From: Utricularia gibba
Lineage: Eukaryota; Plantae; Magnoliophyta
DNA: 64,000 bases
Direction: 5' to 3'
NCBI GenBank assembly: GCA_002189035.1
Contig: CM007989.1
Span: 2,170,001 to 2,234,000 of the forward strand
Part shown: in pieces, positions 1 through 11,986 of the stretch
Numbering within the stretch: the stretch's first letter is position 1
Layout: the number at the start of each line of letters is the position of its first letter
Made by a program: the position numbers and the translations under genes
Notes under the pieces: model-generated
What the model was told of the DNA's origin: nothing
Database searches by the model: none
What the model saw: only the letters and a program-made list of their open reading frames with translations

Positions 1-662
1 CTAATTTTTTGAATTATTATTTTTTAAACAAGTTTGACCAGCAGCCATGCGTAGGCGGCATGCAACTTCTCAATTTGGAAGCCGCGTTGACGAATGACGG
101 CTTTAACCCTAATAGAAAACCACGTTTTTCGTTGAAAATTCTGATAATTAGACTCCATCATTGCTTCTTTTAAATATCAGAATTAAATATTTATAACATA
201 TCCCAATTGGAAAATATTATGTGGGAGAGATATTTTGAAAAAGATTAAAAACCTTAAAACCGACCCGATATTTTTACCTTTACCGTGGATAACCCGCCCT
301 CCGGCGCCGTAAAAATCGTTTTTTTTTTTTTTGGGTTTTCCGATGAGAAGCGACAGCTGGGGTGGATACGGATCCAGCCGTTAAAAGTGATAAGATCCAA
401 GTTATGTGGGGACCACGTCACCGTAGCGTATCCACATTGTTTGCCCCAAAATCGACGGTCAACGCTGGACCCCTTCGAAGTCGATCAACGGTCCAGAGAC
501 TCCCGAGGCGGAGATATATATTAGGGTGCACCCTAGATACGCAGGAAATTTGGCTTGGCCTTTTATTTCAATTATTCCTGCTCCCAGCCGCCTCTCTCCG
601 CGTTTCTTCTCTGGCACAAGTCGCCGGGATTTGAATCGGAGTTATTTCCGGAGAAACAAAGC

Positions 663-2938
663 ATGAACGGCGGCGAGGATTCGAGTCAGCAGCAACAACA
701 ACAACAGCAGCAGCAGCAGCAACAACAGATGCAGCAGCATCAGCAATGGCTAGCGATGCAGCAGTACCAACAACAATGGATGGCGATGCAGCACCATATG
801 ATGTACAATCAACATTACGTGCCTTATTACCACCAGCAGTTTCTTCAGCAGCAGCAGCAATTTGGACCGCCGAAGCAAGGTACTCAGATTCAGCCGGCAG
901 GGGAGGATAACAATACGATCTGGATAGGAGATCTACAGCAGTGGATGGATGAGAGTTATCTCCATTCGTGTTTTTCTCATACGGGAGAGGTAATTCACAA
1001 AATTCGCTTGGTCCATGTTTTCTCGCTGGATTTATATTCTGCCCTTGGAATTTACCTCTTACATTGCTGCTTTCATGTTTATTCTCCTTAAAATCTCAAG
1101 ATTGGGTATGCGGTTGTTCTCAAGTTGCTTTTGATTCAAATAGATGCATCTATAAAATTTAATCTTTTGTGTGAAAAGTTTCCCTAAGGTTAGGTTGAAA
1201 CGCCAATAGGCTTCAACATGAATTTAGAGCCACCTGAATTGCATTTCTGTGCTGAATATCGACATTTAGGAAGGAGCACCATGATGTTATTCTGAGACTG
1301 CTGGACTAAACTAAATACCATCTTCATATTTTTGTTTTTTTTATTTCTTGTAATATGGAATAAGTCCATATTGGATGATGTCAGACTTCCTAAAGTGGAA
1401 TCAACTGGTATGCTATATTGGGTACTATCGCTGTTTTCACATTAAAGACAATATGAAGCCTTTTGTGCTTGAGGTTTTTTATTCGCGTTTGGACATTCAA
1501 ATTAGAAGTTTATATTTTCATGATGATTTAATGGAAGTGTGGACTTATATTTTCTATGTTTGACTAATAGTGGAGATACCAATATTCAGGTTGTTTCAGT
1601 CAAGGTAATTAGGAATAAGCAGACTGGCCAATCCGAGAGATATGGATTTCTAGAGTTTAGTTCGCATACAGCTGCAGAGAATGTTCTGCAGAGCTTCAAT
1701 GGCTCTGTCATGCCAAATACAGATCAAGTATTTCGTTTAAACTGGGCATCCTTTAGTACTGGTGAAAAGCGTTCTGATAGTGGTTCAGATTTGTCCATAT
1801 TTGTTGGAGATTTAGCTACTGATGTCACTGATGAGATGTTGCAAGAAACCTTTGCTAGTAGGTATCCCTCAGTCAAGGGTGCAAAAGTTGTTGTTGATGG
1901 AAATAATGGCCGCTCGAAAGGTTATGGCTTTGTGCGTTTCAATGATGAGAATGAGAGAGATCGTGCCTTGGCAGAAATGAATGGTGTTTATTGCTCAAGC
2001 AGACCCATGCGTATTGGTCAGGCCACTCCTAAGAAATCTTCAGCACATAAGCAATATTCTTCTCAAGGTGCAAACATCAGTATACGTATTATCTCCCAAT
2101 ATCTCTTATCTCAGAACAGCCTTGACTGAGAAAAACACTCTCTCTACGTATCATTCATTTTTTATTCTTTGGGGGTGCTTCTTACATGATATGCTGCAAT
2201 TCTCTCGTGTTGAATCTACATTTTCAGCTGTCATATTGGCGGGAGGACATGCAGGCGGGGCTATTCCCCAGGGTCAGCCAGAGAGTGATTCATCTAATAC
2301 GACAGTAAGTTTCTTGCAGAAAGACATCTGTTTCATTTGGAAGTTGATGAACCAATATGCTTGGCCCCATTCCTTTCAGATATTCGTTGGAGGACTCGAC
2401 TCTGATGCTAGCGAAGATGATCTGAGACAGTGTTTCAGCCCATACGGAGAAATTATGTCCATAAAAATACCAGCTGGGAAGGGCTGTGGTTTTGTACAAT
2501 TTGCAAACAGGTAATTCACAAAATGAGGATTGTGATTTCAGGAAGAAGTGTTGCTCTTGACATGGTTGGCGTGAAGCCTGATCTCTTGTCTTTTGTGAAG
2601 AGATGGTATGAGAAAACTATTGTGAAATGTCCTTTTTAAACAGAAGCAGCGCAGAGGATGCACTCGAGGGATTAAACGGAGCCGTAATCGGCAAGCAAGA
2701 AGTACGCCTTTCCTGGGGCAGGAACACCGGAAATAAACATGTGAGAGCCGCCTGAATTCTCTTTCCATGTTCGAGCTACCCCATTGTATTAACTGTTTAG
2801 TTACCCTTGCAGCTTCGAGGTGAAGGCAACGGCAATGGAGCTTACTACGGAAGGTACAATGGACAAGCATATGGATATGGATATGGATATGGCGCAGCTT
2901 CAAACGGGCATGGGAACCACAGCCATCCACTCAGCTAA
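663..2938 (+). CDS. RBP47: Polyadenylate-binding protein RBP47/RBP45 family (Q-rich N-terminus, 3 RRMs); 6 exons: 663-989, 1590-2067, 2228-2304, 2380-2510, 2644-2740, 2813-2938
   Basis: Motifs TIWIGDL, RYGFLEF (RRM1), SIFVGDL/KGYGFVRF (RRM2), IFVGGLD/KGCGFVQF (RRM3) join across GT-AG introns. The C-terminus is GY-rich and ends GNHSHPLS*. Confidence 0.93.
687..728 (+). repeat. CAG/CAA microsatellite encoding a 14-Gln tract in RBP47
   Basis: cagcagcaacaacaacaacagcagcagcagcagcaacaacag read directly from the sequence. Confidence 0.95.
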
Positions 2939-3719
2939 CCCATGATAGAATCCAGTGTGCTACCGGTACCATCTGCCGGCATCACTTCTGGCAGAAGGAA
3001 CGATTTTTGCAGCTGTACCAGGACAAGAAGAAGGAGATAAGAAGCTTCTCCTCAGTGTTCTCTCTACTCTACCCCTTTATTATGATGTTGACTTATCCAA
3101 GCAAACGTCATGTGATAGTAGTGCTTTTATGTCCAAACCATTACTTTGGTCATGATTCACTCAAACTGCCGATGTGTTTGTTATACATAATATTAACAGG
3201 AAGCGCGCATCTGGTTTCCAGGTGCATACCTTAATCATTGTCTGTGTATTGTTTATAATAGAAACTGAAAGCAGGAGACACTGGTGCCAGAATCAGAAGT
3301 GTTACCATGTTGGCATGAAGGTTGCTTTCCTGCATGCTACATGAATGAATATCAAATGCCGAGATGGGGAACAGTTCAAGCCGAAGAGCGAATCAGCATT
3401 CTTGAGACAGATTTTTGTACCCTTTGAAGGCTATGGCGAAAGATGCCTATAGTCAGAAGTCAGTTCTCTCATTGAAAAACGGCATGCTGTGAGGATAAAT
3501 CGATGATCCCACATTGAAATGGGTTCACTATATGATTTGAAACATGCTGTTTATCTATCTATGCCCATGACAAGCATCATCATGAATTAAAAATGAGAGG
3601 AGAAGAAAGTATGGAAGTTACTCTGAAGTTGGTTAAAATCACTGGGGATACATAAAGAGGAAAGAAGGACATGGATACTTGGAGAAAACAGCAGTAGTGA
3701 TGTGTTCCTGAGTGTGAGA

Positions 3720-5717
3720 TCACTCAGAGATAGAAGAACTGAGCATTGTGGGAGTACTGAGAACATCGAGTGGAAGCTTCTGCTGCTGCAGGAATTTGTC
3801 TTGCTTCTGTTGCTCAGGGATAGAAGAAGACGATGATGCTATACGGTACTTGTCTTGTTCCTCAGGTGTTGGCCAGTATTCAAATCCTTTTCTGTTGGTT
3901 ATCCACAAGCACGAACCTGCCTTCGTTTCATCGCAGATCAACTCCATAGCCCCTGCAGTTTCAAACTCCAGGCATTTTTCAGATCGAACACGAGAAAAGA
4001 ATAAGGAAATTCTGTATTAGTTAGTTTCTTTGGATCACACAGGCCCAATACTCCAGGCCCACTTCATAAATCTTTTTTTTTTGGTACAAAAAAAATAAAA
4101 AAAATCACATATCCACAAGGTGAAAAGGGAATAGATAATTTTAACCCCCAAAATAACACATGCCAATTGAGAACATGATTCAGTTCTTCCCTTTGAAAAT
4201 CAAATTCTGGGAATCAGATGATTTTTTCATTCCAAGGGGGTGAGAGCACATGCATGTCTCAAGGCCCACAGAAGAGATCTCGTATGTCCTCGGGACTGAG
4301 GGAGGACCCCCACCCTTTATTACACATGCTCCCAGATTGTAAGTATCTCATCATATCATATCATGGCATTCTATTTCTATTTCTATTTGGGTCGTCTGTG
4401 TAAAAAAGAAAAGCAGATGAAGGAGATGGCGCAGTGCTTACCCTTTACCACCATCTCCATGGGGATGAACCCCCGGACATTCGAACGACCTCGGGATCCA
4501 TCCTCGCCGCCAACTCCGTTTGCACAAACTGCAAACCCCATTAAATCAAAGCCTTCTGAAATGGAACAGACGACGAGTTGTATTACCTCAGGGCAAAGGG
4601 CATTCACGCGGATTCCCTGACTCTTGAAGAAACCCAACGATCGAGTGAAGAGCACCACGCCGCCTGGATTATTGTACATGTAATCCATTTAACACTTACT
4701 CGTCTGGTGGAAATCAAGGATTCAAATGATTGGTTTTCCAGGGTGAAGAAGTGTGTGATGTTTCAGCATGTGCCATCCTGCTTTACTTAAACATCATCAA
4801 AGTGGGGAAGAAAAAAAGAATGTAGCTGAAAATGACGCAGGAGAGCAAAAGGAATCGAAGACATTACTTTCCTCACAGCTGCCCATATGGAATGTGGGTG
4901 TGCGTCAACTCCAATTCCCAAGAAATAATTTTTTCCCATTAAGTTAAGAATGATTTTTCATTGTAAAGTATTTGTGCCTGGATTTACATTTTTAGAGACG
5001 TAACTCCACAACATCTAAAGAGCAAACCTTTGGATCCGGAGTATATGGGGTCGGCATCCATGGGATACAGCCCGGCGGCAGAGCCTACGTTCACGATCGC
5101 ACCAATTTGTTTTCCTCGCATCATTGCTGCGATCTGTGCACACGCATGCTAGGCAAATAAAGCAGAGAAAAACCAGAGTGTTTGTGAAGACAAATAGTGT
5201 GGATGAAAAGGGGAAGTGACCGCAAGACGAGTGGAGTCGATAACCGCAACAAAGTTGACGTCAATGGTGCGCCTCCATGTGGTGGAGCCATCGCTCGGGT
5301 CCGCGAAGAAAGGAATGCGGGTGGCGATCCCCGCGGAGTTGATGCAAATGTCGAGCCCGCCGTGAGTCTCCACGTGTTTACCGAACGCCGCCTCCAGCTC
5401 ATCTGAAACATTTCATCAAACATCTGGCGTATATCGTTTGCTATTCGTTCGTATTCAAACAGGATGCTGGGAAATAAGTAAAACTGACGTGGGTTGGTCA
5501 CGTCGCATCTGATGAACAGCGCCAATGGCCTTCCCAATCCTGCATGAAACTTGAGCAGCTTTTCTTCAGCGAGCGCCGCCGCATCCTTGCCCCTGTCATC
5601 GCAAGAATCGACAATCGTCACGAAGATCCCCTTGTCGGCGAGAGATAAAACCAGGGCTCTCCCGATCCCGGATGCTCCTCCGGTGACTAAAGCCGAGAGT
5701 CCAGGCCGAATCTCCAT
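3720..5717 (-). CDS. Short-chain dehydrogenase/reductase, 15-hydroxyprostaglandin dehydrogenase-like; equivalent to the N-terminal SDR half of Arabidopsis ARP/NQR; carries one apparent -1 frameshift
   Basis: TGGASGIG Rossmann motif, NSAG, catalytic YSGSK, GIRVNALCP. Exons 5717-5489, 5402-5221, 5133-5028, 4663-4587, 4528-4442, 3952-3720. The G5 run at 4470-4474 needs G6 to read VRMSGGFIPMEMVVKG. Confidence 0.85.
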
Positions 5718-7164
5718 TCTCCGATGACTTCAGACTTTGCAAGTCCACGTCCCTAATCCTCCAGTCCCCCCGCATTAAATAAATACAAGGGATGTTCCAA
5801 AGGCATACCAACCAACACACAGGATCGATCGAACAATATGAACTCATCCGCTAATGGGATGGCCCCACCCCCATTAATAAATAAGATGGCTTTTCTATCA
5901 TTTAAAAAAAAATTATAATTTATTAAATTGTTTAAAAATTCTAATTTTTAATCTAAATTTAAAATTTGTAATTAACTTCAAAAATGATTAAATTTATTGA
6001 ATATCTGTTTAAATAATTAAATAAGATATTAAATACAAATACTATAATATATTTTTTTATCTATTATAAAAATATATTTATATTATGTATTTACTAAAAA
6101 ACACGTACTCAATAGCGTACATATGTACTTAAATGCATAAAATAAACATATCAAATATTAGAATACTAATTAACTATGGGGGATAGCCTTATTAATTATT
6201 AGTTGTTAATAATAACTGCATAGCCTCACAGTTAATTATTATTTACAATTCAAAGCTTACATTTTCCATGAATTTGTTTTGATTAAGACATCTATTAATG
6301 GGCGTAATTATATTTCCATAGAATCTATCAAGCAAAAAAAAGGATATTGTTTATTTAATATATTGATTTCGCGGAAAAGCGAAATAATCGACTCAGAAAA
6401 TTGGCCACCGGTGGGTTAAGTGACGTGTGGTTTAGTTTGATAAAATTCTATCCTCAGAATCACATGTGCCAGCAAAGGGGTGATTATCACGTTTATTAAA
6501 CGCGCCCCCAAAGTAGATTCCCTGATTTTTTTTTCTTTTAAAAAATTCTGTTGGACGATGAGGACTTTTTATTAAAAATAAAAGTTAATAAAATCTGAAT
6601 AAATTGTCCCAGGAATTGGGTCAATTCTATTTTAATCTGAACTACATTTTCAGGCCCCAACAATCTAGAAATAAGTATTTTAAAATCAATTTTGTTGTCG
6701 ACTAACTTTAAAAAAACATAAAAATCTTGAACTACTTTTAAACAATTGTAAAATATATCAAATAGAACCTTAGTTCATGAATGGTGGGAGTTTATTTTTA
6801 TCTACTCCCATGATGGAGGCATCGATGCACATGCACTTGGTTGGGACATGATGGAACCTTGAAGAATGTGATATGGAAGCATAAAAGGGTGGAAATTAAA
6901 AGGAACTTTATATTATTCAAATAATTGGTGTATTTGAAAACACCAAATGTCTAGTTTTAAGCATAAAAAGGATGAACTTAAAATGGGTTGTGGTTAAGAG
7001 GAGGAAGGGTGAAGAGCAAGCAAATGGCGATAGGAACATGTAACTGCTGAATCACTAGCAAGATCCCCATGTCGGATGGGGCTCTTTGCTACGACAAGAA
7101 GAATTGGGTGAGTCTATGACAATTATTGATCCTCAACTAGAGAGGGGTATCTGTCTCCTTGGTC

Positions 7165-9230
7165 CTATAGCCTGGGGCACTCGTAAACAAGCCCTTCAGC
7201 GACACTCCTTGCTCTGGCATGCCCAAACAGCTTACTCACAATGGTGAGTGCAAAATTTGTTGCAGTTGAAAGTCCTTTGCCGGTGATAATTTTACCGTCG
7301 ATTACCGTCTGGGTGCCTCTCACTGCACCGGTGAGCTCGCCCACAACACGGGGATGAGCTGTTGCTCGCTTCTCCTGTTTCAATGACAACAGACCACTTC
7401 GCTTGTTGTATCAGTCATTTTTTGTAGGTCTCCTGAGTTTTAGAGATTTCTTACCTTCAGCAATCCTTCTTTCTGCAGAATGGCCGGGGTTGAACACATT
7501 GCTCCCAATATTCTACCACCTGATTCCTGATCCTTTAGCAACTTTTTCAGTATCCTTGACTTGCCCAGCCTCTCTGCACCCCGAGTTCCTCCCTAAACAG
7601 GCTTCAAAGAAATCAAATAAGAGAGTTTAAGAAGATGGTTCATACAAGGTGAGTTGTAGAAGATTTACTGTGAGGATTATCAGATCATAGGTTGAATCTG
7701 CTACTGCACCAATCAATGCATCTGCAACTATGTTTACACCGTTGGATGCTGAAACCTGCAGTGACTTCTCGACTGAAGCTACTGAGACGTTTGCTTTTGC
7801 TCTCCTTAGAATATCAATGATAGTCACCAGTTCAGTCTCTTCAGAACCATTAGCAATGGGGATCATGACCTACAACATTTGCAAGACTATGAAGAGTTAG
7901 TTCATTATGTCTAGTATTGATTTATCCCAAAAACAAATGTCAAAGACTTCTGCAAACCTTTGGAGTATGTTCAAGCAGCCATGAAACCTCGTTGAATTCT
8001 TCCCTTTTGGTTTCGTCTTCTGGGGTGCTTAGAAGCTACCGAAACAACAAGAGCAGTTCAGCATCATCCATCCAACTTCGCAAAAAACACACATTTTTTT
8101 ACCATATCATTGCATATATCCACTGCTGATGGCTCACCAAATAACTGCTCCACCAGTGAAACAGCAAACTCAAAACAAGTACCGGGGCCTCGACTAGTTG
8201 TCAGCTCTCCCGAGACTTGTAAATTCGATTTAACAGCCCAGAAAGTGGGCAGCTTGTCTGTGAAGGCCGGATGACAAGTTGTCTAGGAGAAATAAACCAT
8301 CCCATCAAATTGAAACGTGGAGTCCATTCATGCATAAGTGAAACTGCATGAATCCAAAGAAACTACCTGTTTCCTTCTCAGTAATCCCCAGGGCAGAAGT
8401 GTCACGGCTGGAGCAGACGAAATCGCGCTGTACAATCTCTTCTCCTCAGCCTGTTTGGTCGTGATTTGTTGAAGAATTTTGCAATCTCGAAGGCGTGCAG
8501 AACCTGGCATGCCCCCCTGTATAGTACAGATAATCGATTCAAATAGCTCATCCTCCCCCCCCCCCGAGTTTTTCTCAAATTTCATATAGGTCTCTTACGT
8601 AAAGCAGAAATGTTTGTGAATCTGATACCCTATATGACAAGTACAAAAAGTTTCATTCTTAATCCTGAATCAATGGAGCCCATGCTCAAAACCATGACTT
8701 GACTTGGTTCGATATAAGAGCAATGTGTTGGTGGGAGAAGAGAGGGTTAACAAAATGCTTACCGGTAACGCAACGAGGTCGAAAACCTCTGCTGAACAAG
8801 ACGAGATGAACTCATCAGCCACAAGTGTAGTTCCACCAGAAGCCTCAACCTCCAGTTGCTCCTCCACAGAGGCGACAGTCACTGACGCACCGGCACGCCT
8901 CAAAACGTCGATCATTATCACCGCCTCCATCTCTTCTGTGCCAAACCCAATTGGAACCAGAACCTTCAAAGCTGAAGAAGTCTCAACAGAAGAAAAAAAA
9001 ATCGGAGCACGCAAAATTGAAATCGCAGAATGGTAGTTTTACAGAGAAATCACCCTTTTGGTGGGGTTCACGCCCTTGTTTTGCTTCGAAGTGCGACGTT
9101 TAGGAACCGGCTTCTTCTGGGTGGCAGGAATTGCGATTTCTGAAATTGAAAAACGACATCCATTACCAGAAACGGCCGCCGGAGTCCGGTGAATCGGCGC
9201 CAGGAACACCGGAGATAAAATGGTACGCAT
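7165..9230 (-). CDS. DJ1C: Protein DJ-1 homolog C (two DJ-1/PfpI domains, plastid transit peptide)
   Basis: [51 protein letters not shown] and the C-terminus [20 protein letters not shown] match DJ-1C. The spliced exons stay in frame. Confidence 0.92.
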
Positions 9231-9853
9231 CCTTTTGCGATTCCCACTGTACTTCAAAACACCTGCTTACCGTCCCGCCATAAGAACAGCAGGAAAACCG
9301 CAAGCATTTCACGAGGCCTTATCCCCTGATCTTAGCAGTTCCACTCCCAACTCCATTAGCCTAATGGGGATTACCGACCCGGCCCGTACATTTTCCTGTG
9401 CCGCTTCAAAAATCAATAACTGGGCCCAATCAAATAATAATTTATCCCCCAATAAAATCAGCATGGGAAAACATTAAAACCCTAATTTTTTATTTTGCAA
9501 ATTGAAACAATAATTGATGTTTGTGTTCAATTTTTCCAATTCATTTCATAGAAACCTTTCTCAAAATTCACACAAAAATAAAATAGAATAAAATAAAAAT
9601 ATGGTTAGAAGGACAAGGGAATGCCTGTTTTGGAATCGGGTAAGGTGGTCCATTTCCTGGCCCGCAGGCCCCAGGAAATGTGGCTCTAGGGTCAGAAAAA
9701 TCCACACGTGTGTTATTCTCCGGCTTCAGCTACCCGAAGGCCGTCCGTTTACTTTTAAGCTTTGAAAGATTCAGACAGAGGACGATCAAGCGGGCTATGA
9801 AGGTTTGTCGGTGAGAGATTTTTCTTATTTCTTTGATCCTGAGTGACCCATAG

Positions 9854-10924
9854 ATGGCTATTTCGTGCGGCTCCGCATTTCCCCTTTCGCTTTCCTGCAC
9901 GCAGCGCCGTTGTTACCGGATAGTATCAGGGGTGAACGCCTCTAGTCTTCGACGGCCGACCCACCGATGTGGGTTCGCATTTCTTGGGGAGAAGAGGGCC
10001 CCTGTTGCCAATTTGGTGCTGGTGTCCTGTTTTGGTGATCACGCGAGTGAGTACCCGTCACCGATTCTTTGGATGATTTTATGATTTTTTGCCTTTGATG
10101 CCCGATTGTTTGAAATCGATTCTATGATTGTAATCGGTTGGATTTCCGTTCTGATTGTTTTTACCGACCGGTGAAAAAATGCCTTTTATGTGTTTGCTGC
10201 TGCATTGCCTGACTCTTCACTTTGTATATGTTGTCCTCGAGTGCTCACTCAGGGGATTCTGCTTCAAATGGGTAACATGGCGTAATGATCCAATAAACCC
10301 TCTTGAACAATTTTGCATCTTTTTCGTTTCAAGGTTTTGAGATCCAATCAAGCCTCCCTTTTCCTATGTCATCCATCATTGTTCACAGGGGCTTGCTCTG
10401 TTTCTCCCGTGAATTTCAGCTTTCTAATAACTTGGTGAATGCAGAAGAATCTGTTATTAGATTTTTCTGTCTGTAAATGTCTAAAAGAAGGTTGGATTAT
10501 CTTGTATGAACTTAGTAATCTATCATGGTGAGATGTTCACTCCCCTACAACTGCTCATATTACTGTGAAGTTCCCTCAAAAAGTTCTGTTCCCTGATTCT
10601 GCAGCTCCAACAGTCACCTCCAAATCATGGGAGAAGCTCGTCTTGGAGAGCAAGGCGCCGGTTCTAGTGGAGTTTTATGCGCGTTGGTGTGGCCCCTGCC
10701 GTATGGTTCACAGAGTGATTGATGAGATCGCGACGGAGTACTCAGGGAGGCTGAAATGCTTTGTCATCGACGCAGACAAAGACTTCAAACTCGCAGAAGA
10801 GTATGATATCCAAGTTGTTCCGATGGTGCTGCTGTTCAAAAACGGCCAGAAATGCCATTCTATTCTTGGAACCATGCCGAAACACTTCTATGTGGACGCC
10901 ATTGAAACTCTTCTTGCTCCATAG
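9854..10924 (+). CDS. TRX-M3: Thioredoxin m3 (plastid); exons 9854-10046 and 10605-10924
   Basis: WCGPC active site in the context [25 protein letters not shown] and GTMPKHFY, typical of m3/GAT1. Exon 1 resembles a transit peptide. Confidence 0.9.
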
Positions 10925-11986
10925 ATTTCTCTTCTTTTTTGTCTTCTCATTTTGTGGCCTCGCCGTGTTAATGCTTGTTTTCCGATCTCCCTCTCTGACC
11001 TTCTGACGAACACTTGTCTTGTGCCGGCCACTTCTGAAAAATAAACATAGTATATTTTATATCTCACCCGCAATATTAAAATATTAGTATTAAATATGAT
11101 GATCTAGTGATTAAATTAATGATATATTTTAATAAGTTATAATTTAAAATATGTATATTGTATAATTAAAATTATATTTGATACATAAATTTAAGTCTTC
11201 CATATTTTGATATGAAGATCTTGATTAGAGAGCAGATTTTCTCAGATCGAAGGGATGATCTCCTCCTCATAGATACTGGTTTTGGTGTTTGTAGCCCCTT
11301 CTTTGCATCCGCATTTCACGATCACCGTCTTCGATCATACCTTTCTAGCGAGCCCGACATTAGGAAGTGTTGTGTGTTCTGTTTTAGTTTAAAAGTACTA
11401 GAGGAGGAGCGATGTTCTACAACCGATCCACATCGCCGTTCGGGTCCGCGGGTTTGAAGAACTGACGTTCCCGATTGAACCAATAAAAATAAGAAACGCT
11501 TATCCGACGAGTCTTTACCACCCGCGGTTATGCGGGGTCTTCAGGTTAGGGCTTTTTCAGGGTTTTTTTTTTGTTGTTGACCAGAGTTGGGATTCTTGAT
11601 TTCCTCTTGTCAATGTATTGTTTTTTAGAGGATTTTTTTTGTGAGCCATTGTTTTCATTGTCTGTGAGAACATTCGATCAGGATATTGGGTTCATGTGAC
11701 TTGCTTCCATTTTTTGTGATCATTGGCAACAATGTTAGTAAACATTTGATGGAAACACAGTAGGGTTTCAATTAGAAAACATGTTTATTTAATTATCTCT
11801 TCAATGATTGTATTGGTGCCTCATGTTGCAGTTAAACTGTAGTTTTTGTTGTATTTTGGTTGCTCATTATGTTGCTTTGGACCTGTTATTTTATTTCAGA
11901 TTACACTCTTCCCTCATTCTTCGATCAGTTAAATTGTTGTGACAACGATAATTTGGGTAACCAACGAACTAATTAATGCTTGGAAG

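Noticed and set aside
6167-6238. 9-bp inverted repeat taattaact/agttaatta
   Set aside because: Short and AT-only in a very AT-rich spacer, with no TSD; expected by chance.
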